A stretch of DNA of 10,548 bases from Naegleria gruberi. Its lineage: Eukaryota. This document shows, piece by piece, positions 1-8,396 of this stretch. The position numbers and the translations under genes were made by a program. The notes below the pieces were generated by a model. The model worked only from the letters and a program-made list of their open reading frames with translations, made no database searches and had not been told where the DNA came from. Every line of letters starts with the position of its first letter. The first letter of the stretch is position 1. Location: NCBI GenBank assembly GCA_000004985.1, contig GG739021.1; one strand, given 5' to 3'.

Positions 1-71
1 GTGGCTCGACGATGCTTAACTTCTCAATCGGACGGGATGAGGTGCATTCATCGTGATATGGCCGTAGCCAT
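1..71. repeat. Copy 1 of a 71/72-nt direct repeat (GTGGCTCGACGATGCTTAAC...GGCCGTAGCCAT). The window starts exactly at its first base. Weaker homology continues to about position 100 (ATTGAATATAAG vs CAATGAATATAAG at the same offset).
   Basis: Identical to 1866-1937 except for one extra A in copy 2 (CTCAATCGG vs CTCAAATCGG). Internal complementarity: TGGCT (2-6) pairs with AGCCA (66-70), and ACGATG (9-14) pairs with CATCGT (49-54), so a hairpin is possible. Confidence 0.9.
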
Positions 72-797
72 CAATTACGTTAATAAATTGAATATAAGGC
101 TAACATCATCAATACGGTTAATATTAGCACCTCCTAATTGAGATTTTAAACACACTTGAACAATTTCTGAAACACCAACTCTCAATTGAGCATTATTTCC
201 ATAGCAGTTTGCAAGCATCCAAGATGAGGTAACACTTTGAAGTTTAGTATTGCCTTTGAAATTGCGTAACATGTAGTAGTTAGAAATTTAAAATTAGGCT
301 TACAAGTTGATACATTTTTGATTTTGATGAAGGAAATTTAATGAAAATCATGAATAAACAAAAGAAAACGACAAAAAACAACAAAACAACCCTCCTAATC
401 AATAAATTGTCTTTTTCAACAGTATCGTTCTGTTTCAATAACATTACTCCTCACCTTGATCATTCCAAAGTAACTAGTTCTCCAGTTTTAGAATTCCATG
501 TAGTTTTTTTTCGTTTTGGTGGTTCCAAAAGTTACAATGAGTTCCCAACTAATTATTTTAAGCAACACGATCAGGACCGTTAAATGAGAATATTGTAAAC
601 TAATATCCTCCCTTATCCATATCAAATTGTGTTGTTGAGTTCTATTCGATAGTTAGATGATACTGAGGTGTTACCATTCCTCTTACTGACTTCTCAATAA
701 GGTTGTTCCACATTGTTCAACCAATTCAATTCTCAGAAAACCATTGAACTCTATTAAACTCCATTGTAAATATTGTAATCTTACACAGTAAAATTTC

Positions 798-804
798 TAT
801 AAAT
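798..804 (+). promoter_or_regulatory. TATAAAT box about 100 bp upstream of the ATG at 902
   Basis: Canonical TATAAAT motif in a non-coding stretch, followed by an A-rich leader (aaaaaacaacacaaaaaaaac) and an A-rich ATG context (tcaaaATGact). Confidence 0.25.
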
Positions 805-901
805 TCAAATTGACTATTCTTTATGATAAAAAACAACACAAAAAAAACAATATTCAATATTGGATTGTATCTGAAAACTCCTCAACAAACTTTATATCAA
901 A

Positions 902-1121
902 ATGACTCAACAAACTCACGAAGAATTATTCAATGAAAACATGTGTGGAAGTGGTTTGGCATTCAAGAAGGTAGTTCGTGAATTATTCAACAATCGTATT
1001 GTTCCTGCAACCAAGAATCTTCAACAAGTCAATTCAAAGATGATCATCTTGTTGGATTGGGCTTCTCTTGCTGCATTGCCAACTGAAACCAAATACAAGT
1101 ATGGTGATAGATTGCTGAAGA
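902..1121 (+). CDS. Hypothetical protein, 5' part only (73 codons before assembly gap): MTQQTHEELFNENMCGSGLAFKKVVRELFNNRIVPATKNLQQVNSKMIILLDWASLAALPTETKYKYGDRLLK
   Basis: Open frame from a well-contexted ATG (aaaATGa) that runs into the N gap. No family recognised. Codon usage (TTG, CTG, AAG, ATC, AAC, TTC) and about 38% GC are unlike the neighbouring, extremely AT-rich genes. Confidence 0.45.
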
Positions 1122-1632
1122 NNNNNNNNNNNNNNNNNNNNNNNNNNNNNNNNNNNNNNNNNNNNNNNNNNNNNNNNNNNNNNNNNNNNNNNNNNNNNNN
1201 NNNNNNNNNNNNNNNNNNNNNNNNNNNNNNNNNNNNNNNNNNNNNNNNNNNNNNNNNNNNNNNNNNNNNNNNNNNNNNNNNNNNNNNNNNNNNNNNNNNN
1301 NNNNNNNNNNNNNNNNNNNNNNNNNNNNNNNNNNNNNNNNNNNNNNNNNNNNNNNNNNNNNNNNNNNNNNNNNNNNNNNNNNNNNNNNNNNNNNNNNNNN
1401 NNNNNNNNNNNNNNNNNNNNNNNNNNNNNNNNNNNNNNNNNNNNNNNNNNNNNNNNNNNNNNNNNNNNNNNNNNNNNNNNNNNNNNNNNNNNNNNNNNNN
1501 NNNNNNNNNNNNNNNNNNNNNNNNNNNNNNNNNNNNNNNNNNNNNNNNNNNNNNNNNNNNNNNNNNNNNNNNNNNNNNNNNNNNNNNNNNNNNNNNNNNN
1601 NNNNNNNNNNNNNNNNNNNNNNNNNNNNNNNN
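1122..1632. other. Assembly gap (511 N)
   Basis: Continuous run of N. ORF-track translations across it (902..1639 +, 1034..1675 -) are artifacts beyond the gap edges. Confidence 1.
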
Positions 1633-1865
1633 TGATTAATGCTTTCAATTGTTTAAAATGGCAGTACTCAATCAATATTGTAATGAATCAATAAAAACAA
1701 GCTTCCAATATTGTTAATATCAAACAAAATTTCTTCCTTTCAGAAACCTCTTTCAAAGACAGATTAATCATCGTTAAACTTACTTGTAAATGAACAAACT
1801 CTCCATAAAGATAAAAAGACTACAGCACTACAGGTTCCCAAGTTGTCTCCAACCTCAGTACTGAT

Positions 1866-1937
1866 GTGGCTCGACGATGCTTAACTTCTCAAATCGGACG
1901 GGATGAGGTGCATTCATCGTGATATGGCCGTAGCCAT
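1866..1937. repeat. Copy 2 of the 71/72-nt direct repeat
   Basis: 70/71 identity with 1-71 plus a 1-nt insertion. Preceded by ...cctcagtactgat. Same downstream partially conserved ATGAATATAAG block 16-27 nt after the repeat end. Confidence 0.9.
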
Positions 1938-2611
1938 TCATTTCCCAAACACAATGAATATAAGATTGGATATCTTCGTTTACTGGCAGTGGAAATTTCC
2001 TTATCTTTCAACAATCTATCAGAAACTAGATTAGATGATCTAGATCCAAAACAAGTTGTTTCTTCCATTTTACACAAAAGCTTTAACTGCCAACAATCAA
2101 ACTGATCAATGGTCTAGCTCCATTACTCGACAAATGTTAACCCAAAAATTTTCAATCCATCAATGCAGAAGAAACCAAAAACAAGGTAATCATGATTGCA
2201 AGTATTCAATAGTTTTGGAAATTAATTCCTAATCTCAAATGGGAAGGTGTGTTTTTTACAATTTTGTCAATCAATATTTTACAAAATATTAAAGTTAGAG
2301 AAATGCTATATATTCCAATTTTGGATTTGAATTTTCTCCCAAATAGATATCTTCTTCTTGCTCTTCGTGTTGAAATTAAGACATTTGATAAGAAGGCAAT
2401 TCCATCATATCAGGAAAACAATGAGAGGAAAGAACAAATGGAACTAAAAAGGGCATCTTGGAATATTTTTAAGGAATATGACACTTTGAAATCTTTGATT
2501 ATTTTCTCGGTGGTTTTAAGAGATATAACTTTGAAAATTGATAATTGGCTAGATTACATATCATTCCTCTTATGATGAAAAAATTAAAACTCAAATTTTG
2601 GAGATAATGTC

Positions 2612-2616
2612 AAAAA
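2612..2616 (-). terminator. RNA polymerase III terminator (T5 on the tRNA strand) 5 nt downstream of the tRNA-Asp 3' end
   Basis: Plus-strand AAAAA at 2612-2616 is TTTTT on the minus strand, immediately 3' of the tRNA discriminator base. Confidence 0.6.
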
Positions 2617-2621
2617 TTAAT

Positions 2622-2692
2622 CTCGAGTGCCGGGAATTGAACCCGGGTCGCCAGAGTGACAGTCTGGAATGCTACCACTATACCACACCCGA
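2622..2692 (-). tRNA. tRNA-Asp (anticodon GUC), 71 nt, no intron, CCA not encoded
   Basis: Reverse complement reads TCGGGTG-TG-GTAT-AGTGGTA-GCAT-T-CCAGA-CTGTCAC-TCTGG-CGAC-CCGGG-TTCAATT-CCCGG-CACTCGA-G. The acceptor stem is 7 bp (one G-T wobble). The anticodon stem CCAGA/TCTGG is perfect. The anticodon loop CTGTCAC carries GTC at positions 34-36. The T-arm CCGGG-TTCAATT-CCCGG is a canonical B box. The D-arm (GTATAGTGGT) resembles eukaryotic tRNA-Asp. Confidence 0.9.
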
Positions 2693-3044
2693 TTTCACAT
2701 TAATTCTCATTCAACATAATATTTCTAGCTATTCTAAAAAGGAACCTTAATTGTAGCTTTAAGTGTAATATTGCTTTCAATAAAAATTTTTTGATATTAA
2801 GGCTGAAGAGTTTGGTAAACTTAAACAATTTAAACTTGTTCAATGGAAACAAGTTCAAGTTTAATTTAAAGAATCAGACAGAGAAATTGTTTTACAAGCT
2901 ATTTCAATGGGAAAAGTTTACAATTATTCAAATGAAGTTGTTGGTTTTCCATTGGTAATTTTTAAAATAATTATGAGTGTCACTTCAAGTTCATCCTATT
3001 GAATCAATGTTTTGATCAATTTGAACAATGAACATTAAAAAAAA

Positions 3045-4198
3045 ATGTCATCATCATCGGATCCACTTGCTGATTATCGTCGTTTAGCAGCAGAGAGAAG
3101 AAATCGTTTATTAGGTAACAACAATACTTCTACTCCACCTCCATCACCATCAAATTTAAATAATAATAATAATAGTATATCATCATCATCACCTTCATCA
3201 TCAAATAACACGACAACTATTAATAATAATATATCATCAAATACTCCTAATACTCCTAATACTCCTAATACTCCTAATAATAATATAAAAACTAAAAAAT
3301 TAAAATTAATTGAAAAATCCAATGAAGAAATATTAAAAGAAAGAGAATCATTAATTCCAACAAATTTAATTTCAATTTTAAATCCAAATACAGAAAAAAA
3401 GAAATATTTAGAAAAATTAAATTCTGAAAATGAAATGATATTAAAAAGAGAAAGAGAAGAAAAAGAAAATTTATTAAAACAATTAAGAAATGATCCACAT
3501 ATAGGTAAAAAATCCAAATCTATTGATTATCCAAATATAGATAATAGTTTAAAATTAAATTCACCAACAAAACCAAATGAAATAACTGAAACTATATTTG
3601 AAAGTCAATTAGAAGAAAATGAACCATGTATTTTACAAATTAGATTTATAGATGGTTCAATTAGTAAAGTTAAATTTGAATCAAATGATAAATTAACACA
3701 AATATGTCAATATATATTTAATTCTGAAAAAGGAAAAGATTATAATGGTATTAAAATTAAAATACCATTATTTAAAATTAAATATTTTAATAATACAAAT
3801 ATGAATTTATATAATTTAAAAGAATTAGAATTAACTCCAAATGGTAATTTAATTATTGAAAATGATGAAAGTGAATTTGCATTTACAATTAATAATTTAA
3901 TTCAAGATTTAAATATTAATCATGAATTAAATTATTTACCTGTTGAATATATTTTACAAAATTTTGGTTCATCCTACAGATTAAAAGGTGATACAATTGA
4001 AGAGAAGGAAAAATTTAGAAATCGTCAACGTGAAAAGGAAATTGAACATGCAAAATTAGAAAAATTAAAAAAAAAGAAGGAAATGGAACAAGTTAGAAGA
4101 AATTTAGAATTAGATAAAAAAGAAAGATTAGAAAAATTAGAAAAATTAAATAATTTATCATCCAATTCACATTCATCATCAGCTATATTTGATTCAAG
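3045..4198 (+). CDS. Low-complexity protein with a UBX-like ubiquitin-fold domain (about aa 190-275: EPCILQIRFIDGSISKVKFESNDKLTQICQYIF...LELTPNGNLIIE) followed by a K/E-rich coiled coil. 5' end complete, 3' end lost in the assembly gap.
   Basis: Uninterrupted 384-codon frame from ATG in an A-rich context (aaaaaaaaATGtca). The N-terminus is rich in Asn/Ser/Thr/Pro, including a (PNT)4 repeat. The IRFxDGS...KF..NDKL.QI..YI pattern matches the beta-grasp core of UBX domains (p47/FAF1-like), although the FPR loop motif is absent. The ORF-track extension to 6371 is an artifact of translating N. Confidence 0.8.
3240..3275 (+). repeat. Perfect tandem 9-bp repeat (AATACTCCT)x4 encoding (NTP)x4 inside the UBX-like gene
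   Basis: aatactcct appears four times consecutively at 3240-3275. It is in frame and translates to NTPNTPNTPNTP. Confidence 0.95.
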
Positions 4199-6359
4199 NN
4201 NNNNNNNNNNNNNNNNNNNNNNNNNNNNNNNNNNNNNNNNNNNNNNNNNNNNNNNNNNNNNNNNNNNNNNNNNNNNNNNNNNNNNNNNNNNNNNNNNNNN
4301 NNNNNNNNNNNNNNNNNNNNNNNNNNNNNNNNNNNNNNNNNNNNNNNNNNNNNNNNNNNNNNNNNNNNNNNNNNNNNNNNNNNNNNNNNNNNNNNNNNNN
4401 NNNNNNNNNNNNNNNNNNNNNNNNNNNNNNNNNNNNNNNNNNNNNNNNNNNNNNNNNNNNNNNNNNNNNNNNNNNNNNNNNNNNNNNNNNNNNNNNNNNN
4501 NNNNNNNNNNNNNNNNNNNNNNNNNNNNNNNNNNNNNNNNNNNNNNNNNNNNNNNNNNNNNNNNNNNNNNNNNNNNNNNNNNNNNNNNNNNNNNNNNNNN
4601 NNNNNNNNNNNNNNNNNNNNNNNNNNNNNNNNNNNNNNNNNNNNNNNNNNNNNNNNNNNNNNNNNNNNNNNNNNNNNNNNNNNNNNNNNNNNNNNNNNNN
4701 NNNNNNNNNNNNNNNNNNNNNNNNNNNNNNNNNNNNNNNNNNNNNNNNNNNNNNNNNNNNNNNNNNNNNNNNNNNNNNNNNNNNNNNNNNNNNNNNNNNN
4801 NNNNNNNNNNNNNNNNNNNNNNNNNNNNNNNNNNNNNNNNNNNNNNNNNNNNNNNNNNNNNNNNNNNNNNNNNNNNNNNNNNNNNNNNNNNNNNNNNNNN
4901 NNNNNNNNNNNNNNNNNNNNNNNNNNNNNNNNNNNNNNNNNNNNNNNNNNNNNNNNNNNNNNNNNNNNNNNNNNNNNNNNNNNNNNNNNNNNNNNNNNNN
5001 NNNNNNNNNNNNNNNNNNNNNNNNNNNNNNNNNNNNNNNNNNNNNNNNNNNNNNNNNNNNNNNNNNNNNNNNNNNNNNNNNNNNNNNNNNNNNNNNNNNN
5101 NNNNNNNNNNNNNNNNNNNNNNNNNNNNNNNNNNNNNNNNNNNNNNNNNNNNNNNNNNNNNNNNNNNNNNNNNNNNNNNNNNNNNNNNNNNNNNNNNNNN
5201 NNNNNNNNNNNNNNNNNNNNNNNNNNNNNNNNNNNNNNNNNNNNNNNNNNNNNNNNNNNNNNNNNNNNNNNNNNNNNNNNNNNNNNNNNNNNNNNNNNNN
5301 NNNNNNNNNNNNNNNNNNNNNNNNNNNNNNNNNNNNNNNNNNNNNNNNNNNNNNNNNNNNNNNNNNNNNNNNNNNNNNNNNNNNNNNNNNNNNNNNNNNN
5401 NNNNNNNNNNNNNNNNNNNNNNNNNNNNNNNNNNNNNNNNNNNNNNNNNNNNNNNNNNNNNNNNNNNNNNNNNNNNNNNNNNNNNNNNNNNNNNNNNNNN
5501 NNNNNNNNNNNNNNNNNNNNNNNNNNNNNNNNNNNNNNNNNNNNNNNNNNNNNNNNNNNNNNNNNNNNNNNNNNNNNNNNNNNNNNNNNNNNNNNNNNNN
5601 NNNNNNNNNNNNNNNNNNNNNNNNNNNNNNNNNNNNNNNNNNNNNNNNNNNNNNNNNNNNNNNNNNNNNNNNNNNNNNNNNNNNNNNNNNNNNNNNNNNN
5701 NNNNNNNNNNNNNNNNNNNNNNNNNNNNNNNNNNNNNNNNNNNNNNNNNNNNNNNNNNNNNNNNNNNNNNNNNNNNNNNNNNNNNNNNNNNNNNNNNNNN
5801 NNNNNNNNNNNNNNNNNNNNNNNNNNNNNNNNNNNNNNNNNNNNNNNNNNNNNNNNNNNNNNNNNNNNNNNNNNNNNNNNNNNNNNNNNNNNNNNNNNNN
5901 NNNNNNNNNNNNNNNNNNNNNNNNNNNNNNNNNNNNNNNNNNNNNNNNNNNNNNNNNNNNNNNNNNNNNNNNNNNNNNNNNNNNNNNNNNNNNNNNNNNN
6001 NNNNNNNNNNNNNNNNNNNNNNNNNNNNNNNNNNNNNNNNNNNNNNNNNNNNNNNNNNNNNNNNNNNNNNNNNNNNNNNNNNNNNNNNNNNNNNNNNNNN
6101 NNNNNNNNNNNNNNNNNNNNNNNNNNNNNNNNNNNNNNNNNNNNNNNNNNNNNNNNNNNNNNNNNNNNNNNNNNNNNNNNNNNNNNNNNNNNNNNNNNNN
6201 NNNNNNNNNNNNNNNNNNNNNNNNNNNNNNNNNNNNNNNNNNNNNNNNNNNNNNNNNNNNNNNNNNNNNNNNNNNNNNNNNNNNNNNNNNNNNNNNNNNN
6301 NNNNNNNNNNNNNNNNNNNNNNNNNNNNNNNNNNNNNNNNNNNNNNNNNNNNNNNNNNN
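4199..6359. other. Assembly gap (2161 N). It hides the 3' end of the UBX-like gene and the downstream approximately two thirds of pckA (converging genes).
   Basis: Continuous run of N. Coding frames enter it from both sides on opposite strands. Confidence 1.
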
Positions 6360-6887
6360 TGGTCTAATTAACATATTTCTCATGAATAGAGCATGATAAG
6401 CACGTGTAGAGACAACTCTAATCTTAATTCTATATTTTGGATCCCAACCAGCATAACCATCAAAAACGTATAATTGTTCACGTGTATTTAAATAATCAAC
6501 AGCACGTTCTCTATTAACCATAAATGAATCTTCACTTAATGGAATATTAACAGGACCAAACCAAATATCATCTTTTGATGTTTCTTCTGAAACAATACGT
6601 TTATCTTTAGGTGAACGACCTGTCTTTTGTCCACTAAAAGCAACAAGTGCACCTGTACAAGTTAATGCTGTACCTCTTTCATGTTTTAATGCTTGTTCAT
6701 ATAATACTGGTACTGAAGCATTATGATAAACTCTACGTGCTGTAATACCATAACTTTCTAATTCTTGATGAACTGAATCTTCATCTGATGAATAATATTC
6801 TGGATCCATACGATGAAATTGATGATCTGATGCATGTTGATTATCTTGATGAACAGTTGGTGCTAAATGTTTGGCTAAATTTGACAT
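6360..6887 (-). CDS. pckA: Phosphoenolpyruvate carboxykinase (ATP), N-terminal 176 codons (MSNLAKHL...RAYHALFMRNMLIRP). The rest lies in the gap.
   Basis: The translation aligns closely with yeast Pck1 and E. coli PckA N-terminal regions: ELESYGI, VLYEQAL, SGALVAFSGQKTGRSPKDKRIV (nucleotide-binding kinase-1a region), WFGPVN, VNRERAVDYL, DGYAGWDPKYRIKIRVV, RAYHALFMRNMLIRP. ATG at 6887-6885. The frame is exactly in phase at the gap edge. Confidence 0.93.
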
Positions 6888-6929
6888 TTTTCTATTATTA
6901 TTATCATATCATATTATTATCATGATTAA

Positions 6930-7000
6930 CAGTGTAGGGGAGGAAAATAGGAATTGCATAAATAACAGTATAGGAGGAAAATAGGAGGAATTGCATAAAA
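6930..7000. promoter_or_regulatory. Imperfect tandem duplication (about 35 nt x2) of a G-rich box in the pckA 5' flank. Unit A CAGTGTAGGGGAGGAAAATAGGAATTGCATAAATA (6930-6964). Unit B CAGTATAGGAGGAAAATAGGAGGAATTGCATAAAA (6966-7000). A third TAGGGAGG box lies at 7111-7118.
   Basis: Two adjacent units are about 85% identical with small indels, 45-115 bp upstream of the pckA ATG (minus strand). G/C-rich boxes stand out against AT-rich flanks. On the gene strand they read CCTCC(CC)TA. Confidence 0.5.
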
Positions 7001-8063
7001 TGATCATAATGTTTTGATCAATTGTAAATGGATCAATCATTAATAAACATTGAATATTAATATAAAATTATTAATACAATAATAATACGCTACCTCTATT
7101 ATTTTAATATTAGGGAGGTGATGAAATAATTGAGACTTTTTTTTTTGAAATTAAATGGACCCAAGATAGATACAAAGCGACTTTAAATCCATTTTTGATT
7201 GGAGTCTAGTTTGGGTTCTGGTTTAAAATCTCGCGAATTAGCCCAGGTGGTAACCTATGGTGAAAAATGTGTTCGTTGATTTTGTAATATCGCTCTCACA
7301 TTAGCGAATTTATTGACTATTAGATATTTGTTGAGGTGAACTGGTGAATGATCAGGGTGCGCTATTTCAACCATTTTCTTTGTAGGGACTAAATTTGTTT
7401 CCGCCCCAAGTTTGAACATATTAAGGTTTATCAATTATACCAGTTATAGGTCCAAAGTATTAAGAGACATTATCTGAGATCTATCTAAACTCTTCATTTA
7501 TTTATGTGAGGTCTTTATTCAGTCAGAACCTTTTTAGTAAACGGAGAATGTACAACATTAATTTGATACAAAATGCATTTTTTGTCAATTAAATTTGGAA
7601 AACAAATCTATTCCAAATTTTTTAAACAGCAATTACATCAAAACCTCCTGATAAATTATTAAAGGCTACATTATCATTTGAAAAGCACATCAAACAGTGT
7701 AGTAAGGCAACTTTGAATGTCAATTCACAAATTTCATTTATTGATAGTGAGAACCATTTTCAATTGTGACTCACAACGATTGTTTATTCTGAATTCCACT
7801 CTCTGATTGTAAAATAATTCTCACTATGACCCCTCATTCCTAGACAAATCCAAGAAGTGTAATTCCCTGCAATGGAGGAAATTGTATTGAAAATCATACC
7901 ACTGGTGACTGACAATGAATTGTATGAAATTGGCTCACTTGTGGCCAAAGACCAAGAATATGTGAACGCATGTCCATTTAATCTACCTTTTTTTGCAAAC
8001 AGTTTAGTGAAATTGGCTTATCTCAACAATTATTTTTATTCTTGAGAAGGATTTACATGCCAT

Positions 8064-8396
8064 ATGGCTGTTTTAAACAAAAGAGGTGATCTATGTTTCA
8101 TGGATAGATCTCAACAAGACATGATATACTCTCCAGAAGAATTTAATGTTCTACTAATCTTTAAGAACAGTTTGCCAAATATACATTCAATGAACTGTGA
8201 CATCCCTCCTATTTTTACTAGCTCAATGGAGCTGATATGTCATTATCGATTACTCCAAGACTTCAACCAGAGCAGGTTCCAGTACAACTCACTCTACTGG
8301 TGGACTTTCCAAATGAGAAAAGTATTTGTCAAATCATTAAGGAGAATCACCAAGAGTTTCTACTGTTTTGCGAATTGGATATTGTCTCATTTCTAA
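8064..8396 (+). CDS. Orphan 110-aa ORF inside the 2.5-kb moderate-GC non-coding region. Probably not a real gene.
   Basis: It is the only ORF of at least 60 aa in 7000-9470. It is rich in C/W/F with no recognisable motifs, and its composition matches the surrounding non-coding DNA. Confidence 0.15.
   Translation: MAVLNKRGDLCFMDRSQQDMIYSPEEFNVLLIFKNSLPNIHSMNCDIPPIFTSSMELICHYRLLQDFNQSRFQYNSLYWWTFQMRKVFVKSLRRITKSFYCFANWILSHF

Noticed and set aside
75-583. Short ORFs 75..272 (-) and 341..583 (+), also 1889..2077 (-) and 2249..2575 (+)
   Set aside because: They are 60-110 aa with no recognisable motifs. Two of them terminate at or inside the direct repeat and are unrelated to each other. They are more likely chance frames in moderately GC-richer DNA. 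They are kept in mind only as possible relics of a degraded mobile-element ORF.
1034-1675. Minus-strand ORF spanning the first gap
   Set aside because: It is made almost entirely of translated N. The flanking real sequence contributes only a few codons.
2572-2578. C-box-like ATGATGA motifs (also GTGATGA at 7118-7124) that might indicate C/D snoRNAs
   Set aside because: There is no appropriately spaced D box (CTGA) with terminal stem complementarity within 60-120 nt. These motifs are common by chance.
3074-3517. Minus-strand ORFs 3074..3517 and 3292..3498 overlapping the UBX-like gene
   Set aside because: These are antisense shadow frames of an AAT/AAA-rich coding region (poly-F/L/I translation). 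The sense strand has the convincing ATG context and domain content.
3045-6396. ORF-track extensions of the UBX-like gene to 6371, plus a second '+' ORF at 4189..6396, both running through the N gap
   Set aside because: Poly-X translation of 2161 N. Only 3045-4198 is real sequence for this gene. Nothing can be said about 4199-6359.
4194-6887. 897-aa minus-strand ORF call for pckA extending to 4194
   Set aside because: Only 6360-6887 is real sequence. The remainder is translation of N. The true pckA 3' end and any introns are unknown.
7232-7290. tRNA-like segment (GCGAATTAGCCCAGGTGGTAACC...TGTTCGTTGAT)
   Set aside because: A-box-like and weak B-box-like motifs are present at roughly tRNA spacing, but no D, anticodon or acceptor stems can be paired. 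At best it is a decayed tRNA-derived fragment, not a functional tRNA.
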